Shown here in pieces: positions 50,649 to 62,843 of a stretch of 64,000 nt of DNA. The notes below the pieces were generated by a model. It made no database searches and was not told the DNA's origin. It was given only the letters and a program-made list of their open reading frames with translations. How positions within the stretch are numbered: the first letter of the stretch is position 1; every line of letters starts with the position of its first letter. The position numbers and the translations under genes were made by a program. Source of the DNA: Magallana gigas (lineage: Eukaryota); NCBI RefSeq assembly GCF_963853765.1, contig NC_088859.1, forward strand, positions 17,732,001 to 17,796,000. Reading direction: 5' to 3'.

Positions 50649-51534
50649 TATATAATATATCAATTCATTTGACGTTATGAATGAAATTGTTTAATCATTC
50701 AATCGTTCATTTTTTGAAAGATACAGTCTCAAAACTGCAGTGGTGTAGGCATACAAATTGAGTATTACGCATTTGCTTTCAACACACTTTACCAGCAAAA
50801 AATATGTGGAATGTACGGTAAATTCCTTATTTTTACGCGAGTACTTAATTCCGCTATTCCACTGTTTTGCAACAAATCGCGAGAATATAAAATTGCGAAC
50901 AACTTTTTTTGGGTGTAAATCCATATAGCTAAAACTTGTCTAAAAAAGCGAGTTTTAAAATCGGTGAAGACTGCTTCTCGCGATTTTACGCAGATATTTA
51001 TTCCTCGTGTTTATAAGAGAATTGACAGTAAATACAAAATTTTAAATGTAATTTCAATATTTAGATTTTTCTCGCTCAATACCAGAAAATTAATTAGCTA
51101 TAACAACCTAAGATGAACTGAGTTGGGAAATAAACCGCCTCAAGATTTATAAAGCATTAACAGCCCCAATAATGAATGGCTACTTGTACAATAATTTGTT
51201 AATGAGAACATAACTTACAAAAAATTATTCTTGTATATAGGCACAGCTTTCTCTTTAACAACATAAAAAACTCGAGGTTCAAGGGCCAAATTCTCTTGTT
51301 TAGTTCAGTCTGACTATGACTTCCAATCGGTTTTCGTTCGCTTCCTTGATAATAAAAAAAAATCCGCATACATGTATACAGTCTGCATTCTCTTAACATT
51401 GAATATATTTTAAAGCCGCGTGTACAACACATTAAAATAGTGTATGTTAATAAGTTTAACTAGAGACATACCAGTATAACGAAAGACATATAATAACAGC
51501 CATTTCTAATTTTTGGATACTAGTATTCTATTTA

Positions 51535-52779
51535 CCGCTAACTTGATGAAAACATCCATATTCTCCAAAGCTTTTTTTTTTATTGATCGTCATCTGCAAA
51601 TATTAATACATTGTACGTAATTAATGTATTCAATGTGCGAGATTGTCGTAGGGGGGACGGGGTGTAAACATTTACTCAGTTCATTTCATTATATTTACAT
51701 CTACCAAGCATAATTTCCTCTATTTCTTACGGAAACTTATAGTTAATTCATAGCTTTATAGAAACAGCCAGACTGAAATCTACACGCCCTATTTATCGAT
51801 TGGTCGAAATCTACAGCGGCTGAAAGTGACAGGACTGAAATTGACACGCCCTGTTAATCGATTGGTCTGAACCTACAGCGACCTTAGTAAAATCCCAGAC
51901 TGCACGAAATAATCATGACGATGCCAGACTCAAAGTCTCACAGGAGACGATTTGGCTGGGTTTTTTTGCTAACGTACTTTTGTACATTAACAGTAATTCA
52001 GTGAATTTTACTAACTTTTCATAATCATTTTATTAATTAGTTAAAGAAAGATGTTAATATAAACAATTAAATGCTTTCTTTGGTGATTCATGCGGGTTAT
52101 GAAGGTAGCGATCATTGCAGGAAAAATTTACATAACCCACTAACGCGGGTTATGTATTTTTCCTGCAGTGTCGCTACCTTCATATCCCGCATGAATCACC
52201 AAAGGAAGCATTTTATTGTTTAATTAAACACTATAAACATTGGTATAATACATGAGGTACTCATGTACATGAACAAAAATAACGTATTTATATATCTAGA
52301 ATATTATTGTGAATGTCAAACAGAATATATATGGGTAAAGTAATTTTCACACAATTTTTTTATTTTTACAAAGAATTTTGCAGTCAAAATTTCATTTCAA
52401 CAAACTTTTTAGTGTTCGGGGCAAAAGTATTCCTTAGCATCATTAATCTCTAGCGAATAAATTTCTGATAACTATAAGAAAAATACAGATTGTTACACAT
52501 TGTACAAAATATGAACTGCACATACCAAAAGCTCACTGTAGGTCTGAATCATCTTCTCGTGGTGATCTTGAATTATATGCTGGATTCAATTATAGTTTAG
52601 CATTATTATGTATTATTTACATAGAACAGAAGATGGTTACGAATGAAAACTTTTAATTTCATATATATTGAATACGTGCTTTTTTTCAAACGCATTTATA
52701 AATTCAGATATTTAATTATTATTTTAAAAAATGTGAGAGTGCAATATTTTAGACATACCATAACTTTTCTAGCCATCTG

Positions 52780-52840
<61 letters not shown>

Positions 52841-52910
52841 TTAACGTAGAATAAATTACCAGTATCTCCACTAGACATTTTCTTCAACTCTACGTCTATT
52901 CACATCAAAC
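51535..52910 (-). pseudogene. Truncated, disabled copy 3 of the short-exon gene
   Basis: 51-nt exon homolog (52909-52860) has a 1-nt deletion and TAG. The 5' half of the 48-nt exon is deleted and the rest fused to (GATA)n. The 54-nt exon (52579-52526, HIIQDHHEKMIQTYSELL) is intact. The 63-nt exon is shortened and out of frame. No ATG exon. Confidence 0.8.
51700..52229. mobile_element. Insertion with a ~160-bp palindrome and a 62-bp direct repeat (possibly Crypton-like non-autonomous element)
   Basis: Absent at the paralogous site at about 45065-45075. Hairpin spans about 52061-52220. Direct repeats at about 51771 and 51833. No TIR or TSD seen; the family call is tentative. Confidence 0.6.
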
Positions 52911-53214
52911 TGAAATGATTGATAAAGAAATATCAATATTTTATTTTCATACATAATATGGTATAAAAAATATATGTATATGGTCTTAAGTTCCTACAAC
53001 TTTAGTTTCAGTATTTGATCTGACGGCAAGGATTTGAAAAAAGGTATGAATTAGAATTTTGTTTCAAGCAAGCCATACATATTACGTAAAAAAATTTTTT
53101 AATCTATTATTAAAGGAACATAAATTTATAAACAATGATATTCCTTAAATTCAGTAAATGAACGAACTAATGTGCTTACAACTAAAAATTTAAAAAGATA
53201 TAAATTTTTTTTTT

Positions 53215-54182
53215 CAAAATTCTTCTCCAAAATCAATAAATAAGAATAGCTGAAACCTGTGTGGAAGCATCCTCAGGTAGTGTAGATTCAAGTTTACTCA
53301 AATCATGTTTCGCTGGGGTAGGGTTGGACCACAATTTTTTTTACAAAGGATTATATAAAGAACAATCTTTTTTCTCAATAACCATTTGGCTAGAAAGGCT
53401 GTAGCTTCTGTGGAAGCATTCTTAGGTAGTGTAGATTCAAGTTTGTTTAAATTATCATCCCCGGGGGTAGGATGGGGCAAATATGGTTTAAAAAATCGTT
53501 AAATTTTTTCTCTCAAAACCCAATTAGCCAGAAAGCTTTAACTTTGCTGGGAGCATCCTCAGGCATTGTAGATTCAGGTTTGTTCAAATTATGAACCTAT
53601 GTGGTAAAGTGGGACTACAGTGGGGAGGGGGGTCAAATGTTTACAAAGGAATATATAAAAAAAAAGTTTTTAAAATTGTTTTCTCAAAATCCAATCTGCC
53701 AGAAAAGCTTTAACTTTGCTGGAAGCACCTCAGGTCGTGTATATTCAAGTTTGTTCAAATCATGATCCTCAGACGTAGGGTGTGGCCACAATTGGGGGAG
53801 GGGGTCTAAATAGGAATATAGAAGAATATATCTTTAAGTATCATCATCTCAAAATCCCATTGGCTAGAAAGCTGAACTTTATATGAAAGCATCCTCAGGT
53901 AGTGAAGATTTAAATTAATTTGTTAAAATCATGATCCTCAGGGGTATGGTGGGGTCACAACTCACAATGGGGATGAATTAATAGAAAAAAATCTTTAAAG
54001 AGCTTATTTTCAAAACTGAATCACCAATAGGAGCTCAATGTTAAAGTTCGAAAGGCTCTGAAAATCAAGATATACACTCTACTAAGTTTTTTAGATATTT
54101 TGTATTAAATATTTTAAAGACGGTCTAAAGCTTTTGTTCACTATTGTTGCTCAGATAAGCGATGTGCCTCTGTGTCTCTTGT
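53215..54182 (+). repeat. Satellite-like array (about five 137-172-bp units, resembling oyster Cg170/HindIII satellite) ending in a Helentron-like 3' terminus
   Basis: GCATCCTCAGGTAGTGTAGATTCA-like motif at 53267, 53416, 53553, 53725, 53889. Terminal TTGTTGCTCAGATAAGCGATGTGCC...CTCTTGT. Family resemblance is from memory. Confidence 0.75.
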
Positions 54183-55150
54183 GTCTTTTTGTTGCATATA
54201 TAAATCGAATAAATTTTCTCTTATGGGCGTTATTTTCCCTCCGACATTGATACATGCAGAGACATCAATTCATGAACACTAACTTACAATGTAATATATT
54301 TGTATTTGTAAGAAGAATTAATCAATCATGGATAAGGAGACTGTGAAGAATTCCATATATCAAAATAGGTACAATTACAGGTGATAATATTGCGTCGAGG
54401 GTTTTTCAACTGTGGGTTTAGATTTCAATTAAATACTTGGAAAATCACTCACCCGTCTTTACTGGGAATCTCTTCCTTTTCAGTTTCAGCCTTTATATCG
54501 TTATTTCCAACGTTCCTACATTTATCCACAAGACCATTTAGACCAACTTATATTCAGTCAAGGTAAGTACTGTATCATTTAGTTGTTGAAGAAATCACTT
54601 AATTTCAAGACAAGAGGGAAACATACTTTAAAACGAAAGTGCATTATGATGTTCTCTATGAAATATATAATTTCGATAAAGAGTAACAAATACGAGAATT
54701 TACTTAGATTTGAACTAGAATTCGATACACATATTCTGATTATACGTATATGTTTCCACATTCATTTTCATGTGTTATACAACACATCCGACCTGTGTGA
54801 TAAACAGGTGTATATCTTTCACCAATGCGTTGTACCTTTTTAAACTACTGGGACAATCGTAACCTTGTTCACCAAATTATCAATTCTTTCGTGATGGTCA
54901 ACGGAAGGCCCCTGTAATGATAGTTTTTTCAGTCTTTGAATGATAATAATTTCAGTAATTCGGGAGGGGGTGTCACCTATTTATGTTTGTAATCTAAATG
55001 TCTTGGTAGACAAACCCCATGTCAATTGTGCTTTACATTCAGTATTCATTGTAATCCAATCTTGAGCGATCAGGTTTACAATCTTGGCCCAGTCGTGGTA
55101 GCTAACGTGACAAATGTTTTACTTTATAGATATTTTTCATGTCATTCCAA

Positions 55151-56876
55151 ATGGCTTCAATACCAGATGATGCTCAGCACATTATAGAGTGTGGAACCGA
55201 AAGCTGTGAAAGATATGGTGCTATGTACTGCAACTCTTGTTACCGTCCAATGTGTGAACAGTGCAAAGATGACCATCTGAAGAATTCAGACAATGTGGAC
55301 CATGATGTGGTCCCATATATATCAAGAAACCGAAAACTTCCTGTAGAGAAATGCAAGACGCATCCAACCAAGGATTTAGATCTTCTGTGTGAAGAATGCC
55401 AAATTCCTTTATGTTCCTTATGTACGACTCTGAAAGACCACAAACGGCATGGATTTGTCAACCTTGAGAAATTCTATTCAGAAAATTATCACTTTTGTCT
55501 GGATAAACTCCCAAGTATTCGAGATAATTTCCTTCCAACATCAAAAAAGTTACAGACAGAAATTCAAGAAGATGCAAAAGAAATTGAAAGGATCGTGGAA
55601 AATATCCGGGGAGAAGTAAAAACAGATATCGAGTCCTATAAAAAATTGGCAGATGAAGTTATGTCTGAAATAATGGTGGAGGTCGATAAAGAAGAGAAAA
55701 AACTGCTCGATGAAATAAAATCACAAGATAAAACAGTTGATGAGTATATAACATATCTTCAACAGCTAGACGGAGATATTCGTGAATATCTGTCTGCTTC
55801 AAAAGTTACAAACATTCTAATCGAACACTCGAAAAATCTGGAAATACGACCAATACCAGAAACAACAAAACCGGTAACACCAACATACACTGTTGGTCAA
55901 CACAGTAAAGAAGATGTTTCTAATTTGCTTGGTAATTAAGCTTCACGCTGACCAAGACCAACCAAAAACAAGAAACATAAAACCTTTGAAGTCCCGTACA
56001 TCCACAAGCAAGGAAGTGAAACAAGATTATCCAAAAGCATCAACTGTACAACAAACATGGTCTCTAACTGCTGGCACCAAGATTAAAGAGTTGACAGTTC
56101 CTGATATTGGGTGCATTTTCCATGTATCACTAGATAAATCAGACAAACTCTGGGTAAGCGATAATACAGGTAACATTTTCCAAGTCGATTTTCAAGGGAA
56201 TATGCTGCAAAAAATATGCACTAGTTTGCAAGGTTTTGGTTACCACACAGTCACACAGGATGGAGATTTTATCTATACAGACCGAGAGAAAAAAGTTATA
56301 AATAAAAAGACTAAGGATAAAGAAGTAGCTGTATTCATCAGCGGTGGTTTTTGGGAGCCCATCAGCATACATTCTTCCCTTAAAACTGGGAATATAGTTG
56401 TGGGAATGAAAAGGACTGCAGATGCAAAAGTCGTCAGGTACAACATTAATGGAAGTTTTAACTACACGATATACAGAGATATCAACGGCAAAAAACTATA
56501 TTCTGAACCACGTTACATTACGGAAAACATTAATGGGGATATATGTACATCGGATTTTGAAAAACAAGAAGTTGTGGTGGTCAATGAAAGAGGACAACAC
56601 AGATACTCCTATAGAGGTCAAAGGCCATTGTTCTATCCATATGGAATATGCACAGATACTCTTGGACATATCATTGTTTGCGTTTATTCGAACAAAGGTT
56701 CAATTGACATTCTTGATCAGAATGGTCAGTTTTTGTCTCGCCTACTTGAGTCACAACAAGGGATAGATTGTCCATACAGCGTGTGTGTGGATGACCAGAA
56801 CAACCTTTACGTTGGACATTTCTCTAATAACACACTGGATGTGTACAAGTATCTTCAGTGTTCTTCCCCGTCGTAA
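55151..56876 (+). pseudogene. TRIM-like copy 3, split by a 4-bp insertion into a B-box/coiled-coil ORF (stop at 55939) and an NHL ORF (to 56876)
   Basis: GGTAAGCTT in copies 1 and 2 versus GGTAATTAAGCTT here (55931-55943). The acceptor AG before the ATG has become AA (55149-55150). The paralogous stop is lost, adding CSSPS. Confidence 0.85.
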
Positions 56877-57060
56877 CATTTTATTGAATTTTGATAGCAA
56901 TATGGGAAAGATGTATTGATTTGCTATACTGATGATTTAAACGAAATTTAATCCTATAGTTCAATCCACACTTTGTTGTTTCCCTTTGCAGGGTCAACCC
57001 AAAGGTCAAAAGGGAAAACCAACTTTTTCCTTCTTTATCCAACCAAGTATTTGGGCGTCC

Positions 57061-57062
<2 letters not shown>

Positions 57063-57097
<35 letters not shown>

Positions 57098-57194
57098 CGA
57101 CCCCCCCTGGAAAATGAAAATTTATTAAATTTACATAGTAAAATTATCACGAAAATATGCCTCGGACCCCCCCTGGCAAACACAATTATCCTTC

Positions 57195-57228
<34 letters not shown>

Positions 57229-57231
57229 ATG
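57063..57231. mobile_element. MITE with CATGCGCGGATC termini and 5-bp TSD
   Basis: TCCTG|CATGCGCGGATCTAG...CTGGATCCGCGCATG|TCCTG. Confidence 0.88.
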
Positions 57232-59460
57232 TCCTGTGATAAAATCTTTTGGAATTTAATTTACTCCTTCGATATGTGGGTTGCCCCATCCTGGGGCAAT
57301 CAAAATACACAACGGAAATGGATTTTAAATGTCAAATGACCAAGTTATAAACATCTAAATTACCGAGGCTACTGCGAGAAATCTAAGGGTTTTTCCTAAA
57401 AGATGGCGGCCAAGGGACATAACTTTTGTAAAGTGTGGATTGGTGTAAGAGGTAATTACTGAAAACGCACCTCTAATTACCACCCTTTTTTATGGTCTAT
57501 TGGACGCAATACATAAATGCAACGTTCGAGCATAAAAAAGACTGAAATTTAATAAGAAATAAAAAGGAACAGGACTTGCAAAAAGTTATCCTTGTTACAT
57601 ACACGAATGAACAAACGCATCTAGGCCTATAACAGTGTATCGTTTTTTTTTAACAACATATTCACAATAATAGCAATCATATTCACAGCAGATTACTGTT
57701 CATTACTTTTCAGATTCTGGAAATCCCTTTTTGCTTTATATTAAAATCAAGCAGAGAAAAATCAGTCTCTAATGGCAAAGTAATAACATTTCCTACCACC
57801 AACATGACCAAATAGAAATTGGATCTACAAACGAAATTTTAACATGACAACCCGGTGATGTAAATTTTTGGACCACTCGAAAAAAAATTACTCTTTCAAT
57901 AAATAAATTCGAAAAATTCGTTGTGTGCCTCAATATTTCAATTTTAATAGCCCCTTTTCAATTTTTCTTGAGATTAGTACATTTTGTACCTAATTTGTTT
58001 AAATTTTTCTTATTGTGGATGAAAAATAGTACAGCTTGCAGATTTACATTTTTATCGTAAAGTTAAGTTTATTCCATGAAATATAATTACGTGAACTTTC
58101 TGAACAAATGAAAATAACGTGTCATAGATATACTAACATACTTTATTGATTCATTAATAATTGGAAACATAACCCCTTAACAAAGAAATAATTCAAAAAA
58201 TATAAAAATATGGAAAATACATAGTGAACACCTCGGTGAAATAAACAAAAAATAAAACATACATACAAAGGTAGTACTACATGTAATGTAGATTCAGACA
58301 TAAATATTTGGAAGATCTGTGGAAATAAGATTACAGTTTGTTCTAATTCAAATAAATGCATTGTATAGAATAATAAGATTTTATCAAAGTAGATAAAACA
58401 CGGAATGAATATTAAGCTGATATTTTAATATTTTAAATTATGATGATTTATATTTATAATGTCACCCGTTAGCCAGGCTACGTGTGAACATTGCAACGAA
58501 TGATTTCTATTTCATATGGAGTATGATCTACTGTGTAGGAAACTAATCTATCTAATATAATTATCATTTATAATATGAGTGGGCAAATCATTAAAATGTC
58601 TAATAAATTACACAATTCAAAGCATCCAGAGAGATAATCGGATGGTATACTTACTATATACATGTACTACAGTAATATCTAAATGAGCCAAAAACGCTCG
58701 TTTTTTATTAAATTCTAGATTTGTTAATCATACTTTTCGATTTTTTTTCTTGAATAGGAGAAATGAACAGAAGTGCTATAAACTTAAATGTACATATATA
58801 TATGAAATCAACTGCATGTCAATTATGAGCTAGCGAGGAGAAGAAATACAATGTATTTAAAATTTAGTTACATTTAACTTGTTCTTTGATTCATGTTACA
58901 GTGCAGTAAAATACGAAGGACCACTAAAGCCATGAACAACTTTGGAAGTAGTATCTTACCAAAATTAACATCACAAAGTACAGTTTAAAATGCATGAAAA
59001 TGTCTATTCAAGCCAATGGCCATGATAGCAATGTAGCAACATATGAATATTGATATAACAGAATTCATAAATACTTTATAGTACATTGATGACTGCAGAA
59101 GGTCTATCATATTAAAAAAAAAAGTTTTTCGGAAATGTCTTTGTTTTCCTGGTAATATTCCACTCGCAACCTTATTAATTTATAGTTCATAAAGCCCCAT
59201 ATTTCTTCAAATTTGATATCCATAAAGTGGTAAATAAATGTACAGTTAACTAACAATGAAAATATGCATTCACTGATAAAAAAATCACTAACTTTAATAA
59301 ATAATTGCAATAACAAATGTAAAATAAAATCAATCTAATAACTGGTAAAGATATAAATTTATGCAAGAAAAAAGTAACCATAACCAATGAAAAAATAAAT
59401 AGTAACAAAAATGTAAATTCTAAATCTGATCTTGGAGGGAAGCATCTTTGAATGTTTTGT

Positions 59461-62400
59461 TCACAACAGCAAATGTGTTCTTTCAAATCCTTGAGCTAAA
59501 AATTAAAATATATTAAATATAAATGTAGATGAAATAATTTGCAATTCTTAGCATGAACATATTCTGAATCAACAGTTTATCAATAAGCTCCATTATCGTT
59601 ATAAAATACTGTCACAACAGAATTTCAAATGTGAGCAATAATATTTATTCAAGATTTTACTCTCGTAAAAAAAATCAAAAACTTTCTACTCTCATCTTTT
59701 ACAAGGGCAACTGAAATGGCTTTCTGATGCATATCATACCAGTCATTATTCATACATATAACAATATTCTGAGGAACTAGCTAAAGGAATATGGGTTATC
59801 TTTTTTTTTTTTCGGGAGGTCCAATGTCTGTTAACTATTTGTCAGTTAACTGTGTGAAATTTATCTTTGCAAATTCCAGGACCAGATGTCTACTAGCCCC
59901 ACTGCCAGATCCTCAGAGCACACAGGTTCCTGGTTTTTCATATTTTTCTCATACATGTAGGTAGGTGGTATATTTTTTTATTATGAGAAAAATATGTCAC
60001 GTCAGATGCCTGAGGCTTAGCATCACATACATGAACTGAGTACTGATTGTTCAAGCTTAATAAGAAAATAGATATGAAACAAAGTACAACAAGAAATAAA
60101 CTAAACTTACCAATGCCACATAATGCAAATCGAGCCTATAAACGAAACAAAAAAATATAATAAATATTTTAAACAAGGATTCTAAGCTGACTCAAAACAC
60201 AGAATATACATGTAATTTACTTGATAATTTTTAGTATTTAAATTATTAAATTCAAAAAATTTATCTTACCTCTTCATTGGTTCGCATTTCAAAAACGTAA
60301 CAATTGAACTTTTTAGCGAGACTGCACGTGGTTTCTCTGCATATAGAACAAAAAGCAAACATTTCATCAAGTTGTGAGAACTTTCTACTTGGACACATAA
60401 AACAAAAACATGATTTATTTGATCTTACCCTGCAATGTATGCTATGTATTTAAGTTGATCAGTTCTCCGTCCACAAGCTGAAATTTCTGTATAGGAATGT
60501 TCTAGTAAATTCTGTAATGTATAATATCAAATGCAAAATCAAGCTACCAGTCAATATTTATCTTGCACCAAACATTTTTCTTAAACTTACATATGGAAAA
60601 TTGAAATATCATGTAGTTGACTACTCCCCCCCCCCCATTCTTAAAAAATTATAGCAGATGTGCAAGCACTTTGGATGAGTTTAGCCTCCCCCCCCCTTCT
60701 CAAATATGCCTGTTTAATGTATTATTACATTACCAAGACTGTTAGATGAACATTATATAACTGGTTTTATATCATACCTTCTCTTCCTTGGTGTCAATGA
60801 CCAAAACTTCCTTTTCAGTTAGCTCCATCTTTACAGCCTGTCAGATGATAAAAATTTGTAATACATATACATCTAATTTAATTTAAAATCATATCAAGAA
60901 TTTCAAATGTAGTGCATCTCTTAAATCGTACCGGCTTGGGACCAATTCTTGCCAAGTACCAATTCTTGCCAGTGAATTGTTACGTACCAGTAATCTTTGT
61001 ACCAGTATATAATTTTGCGTGTTGATAAAATGGCATAACAATGCACTGATGAGAATTGGAACTTCGTGGGAACTGGTCTTACGCCAGTACAGGTAATAAG
61101 ACTGTTCAAAAGAACATAAATATAAATGGAGTTTGCTTATTCTATTTTACAATAATAAAAAAATATACTAATTTAGTAGTCTTTACCACTCTCTGGGTAT
61201 GGTTCCTTAAAACTCCCAAAACAGAATCTTCAATCCTGACCACTCGTCCGTCCTAAAAATCAAAATATCATATGATAAATAGAGGATATCTATATTTATA
61301 GTATTTTTTGAATTAATATTTGCTTTATCCAACAAGTTGAAATGGTATATATATATTCACGGCGCTTGCCTATGGAATTTATACATCATATTAATTCGTT
61401 GGATAAAGCAAAATATTTAATGTAAAATCACACAATTATAGATGTTCTATTTATCTAATATGATTGATTTATATCATAAAGCTTTTGAGACAGCCCTTGA
61501 AGTGACACAAATTGATTATTTTTAGCCTAATCAATGTTGCAATGTTGTGTTATGCAGTTATTATGACCTTGCTCAATACAATATATTACAGCATGATTTT
61601 GGATATAAATATAGCAGTTTTAATGTAAATTAAGATTCACTGAAATAGACCTTGAAATACTTTTTTGGGGTCTAAAAATTTGTTTCATTTGTTCATCAGT
61701 TGTATATTGTATACGATGTATTCTTTTAACTTACAAGGCCAAGAGTAACATATCCAAGATAGTGAGCATCATATGTTGCACTGAAAGAAAAAATAAATAA
61801 TTTTTTGGAATGTAATAATGTGCTTTAATTCATAAATATTTGTTGACCCTCAATACTAATGAATATTGTTGTCTGGTGAAAATCAAATGCAAAATGAAAT
61901 AAGAAACATGCCCAAAAATTGTAATGGTAGAGCCATTGTCCATGAATGCACATATTCTTGAAATCATGGATTTATACACAAAGTCCACCAAAAAATGATG
62001 CCCACAAAAATGAATGAAACTGCTAGGTCTTCAGACCTTGATATTGACCTTTGAATCATTTCCACTCACCCTCCCTCTGATCCATGAACTGGGATTTCCT
62101 CAGCCTCCTCCTCGTTCAGAATGGTGTGTGGTGGTTTCTTGTAGTCGTTGCTGTTGTCCTTTTTCACCTGTATCAGTTCCTCGGCTGTAGTGATGTCAAC
62201 ATCGGCATCCTCTATCAGGTGTTGTATAGGCTTGTACAAATTACACTGGCTATCAAATCCCTGTGTAAAGAGAAAACAAAAAGCATATAGAGGCATGAGA
62301 TAAACTGAGTGAAAGAAGTGAAGCAGATCTAGAGAGAGAGAGAAAGAGTGAGAGCTAGAATGAGAGAGAAAATTAAGCACCGATACTTTCACATTAGTTT

Positions 62401-62812
62401 GATTCATATAGACTTTGATATCATGTATGTAATACAATGTATTGAGATTTATAATGTTGACTGTTAGAACTTTTCTATGTGAAAACTACTTGGTAATTTT
62501 TAAACCATAACCTTGATTAAGGTATGTAAAATATTTTATATCTACATCAATCTTCTTAATAAATTTTTTTTATCTTATAATAGTATGTAATGTTAAATAT
62601 CAGTCATTAATTGATTAAGTTGGACAGTACACTGCTACAAAATCTTGATTATTCATCATAGATATGTTGTGATTTGGCTTCATTTAACATTTCTTCATTT
62701 CTTTAAATGCTTACCTTAACAACATGAATATGAACTGGAAGACCTTTATACTTTTGTAAAATGTTGTGTACCTGTAAAATTAAGCAATAAATTAGAAATG
62801 CATAACACCCCA

Positions 62813-62843
<31 letters not shown>

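Noticed and set aside
53260-53900. CRISPR-like repeat-spacer array
   Set aside because: The whole unit is degenerate tandem repeat without unique spacers, the context is eukaryotic, and there are no cas genes.
62261-62437. N-terminal part of the 123-aa minus-strand ORF
   Set aside because: It is intron sequence with a purine/pyrimidine repeat tract. The real exon starts at the acceptor at 62260.
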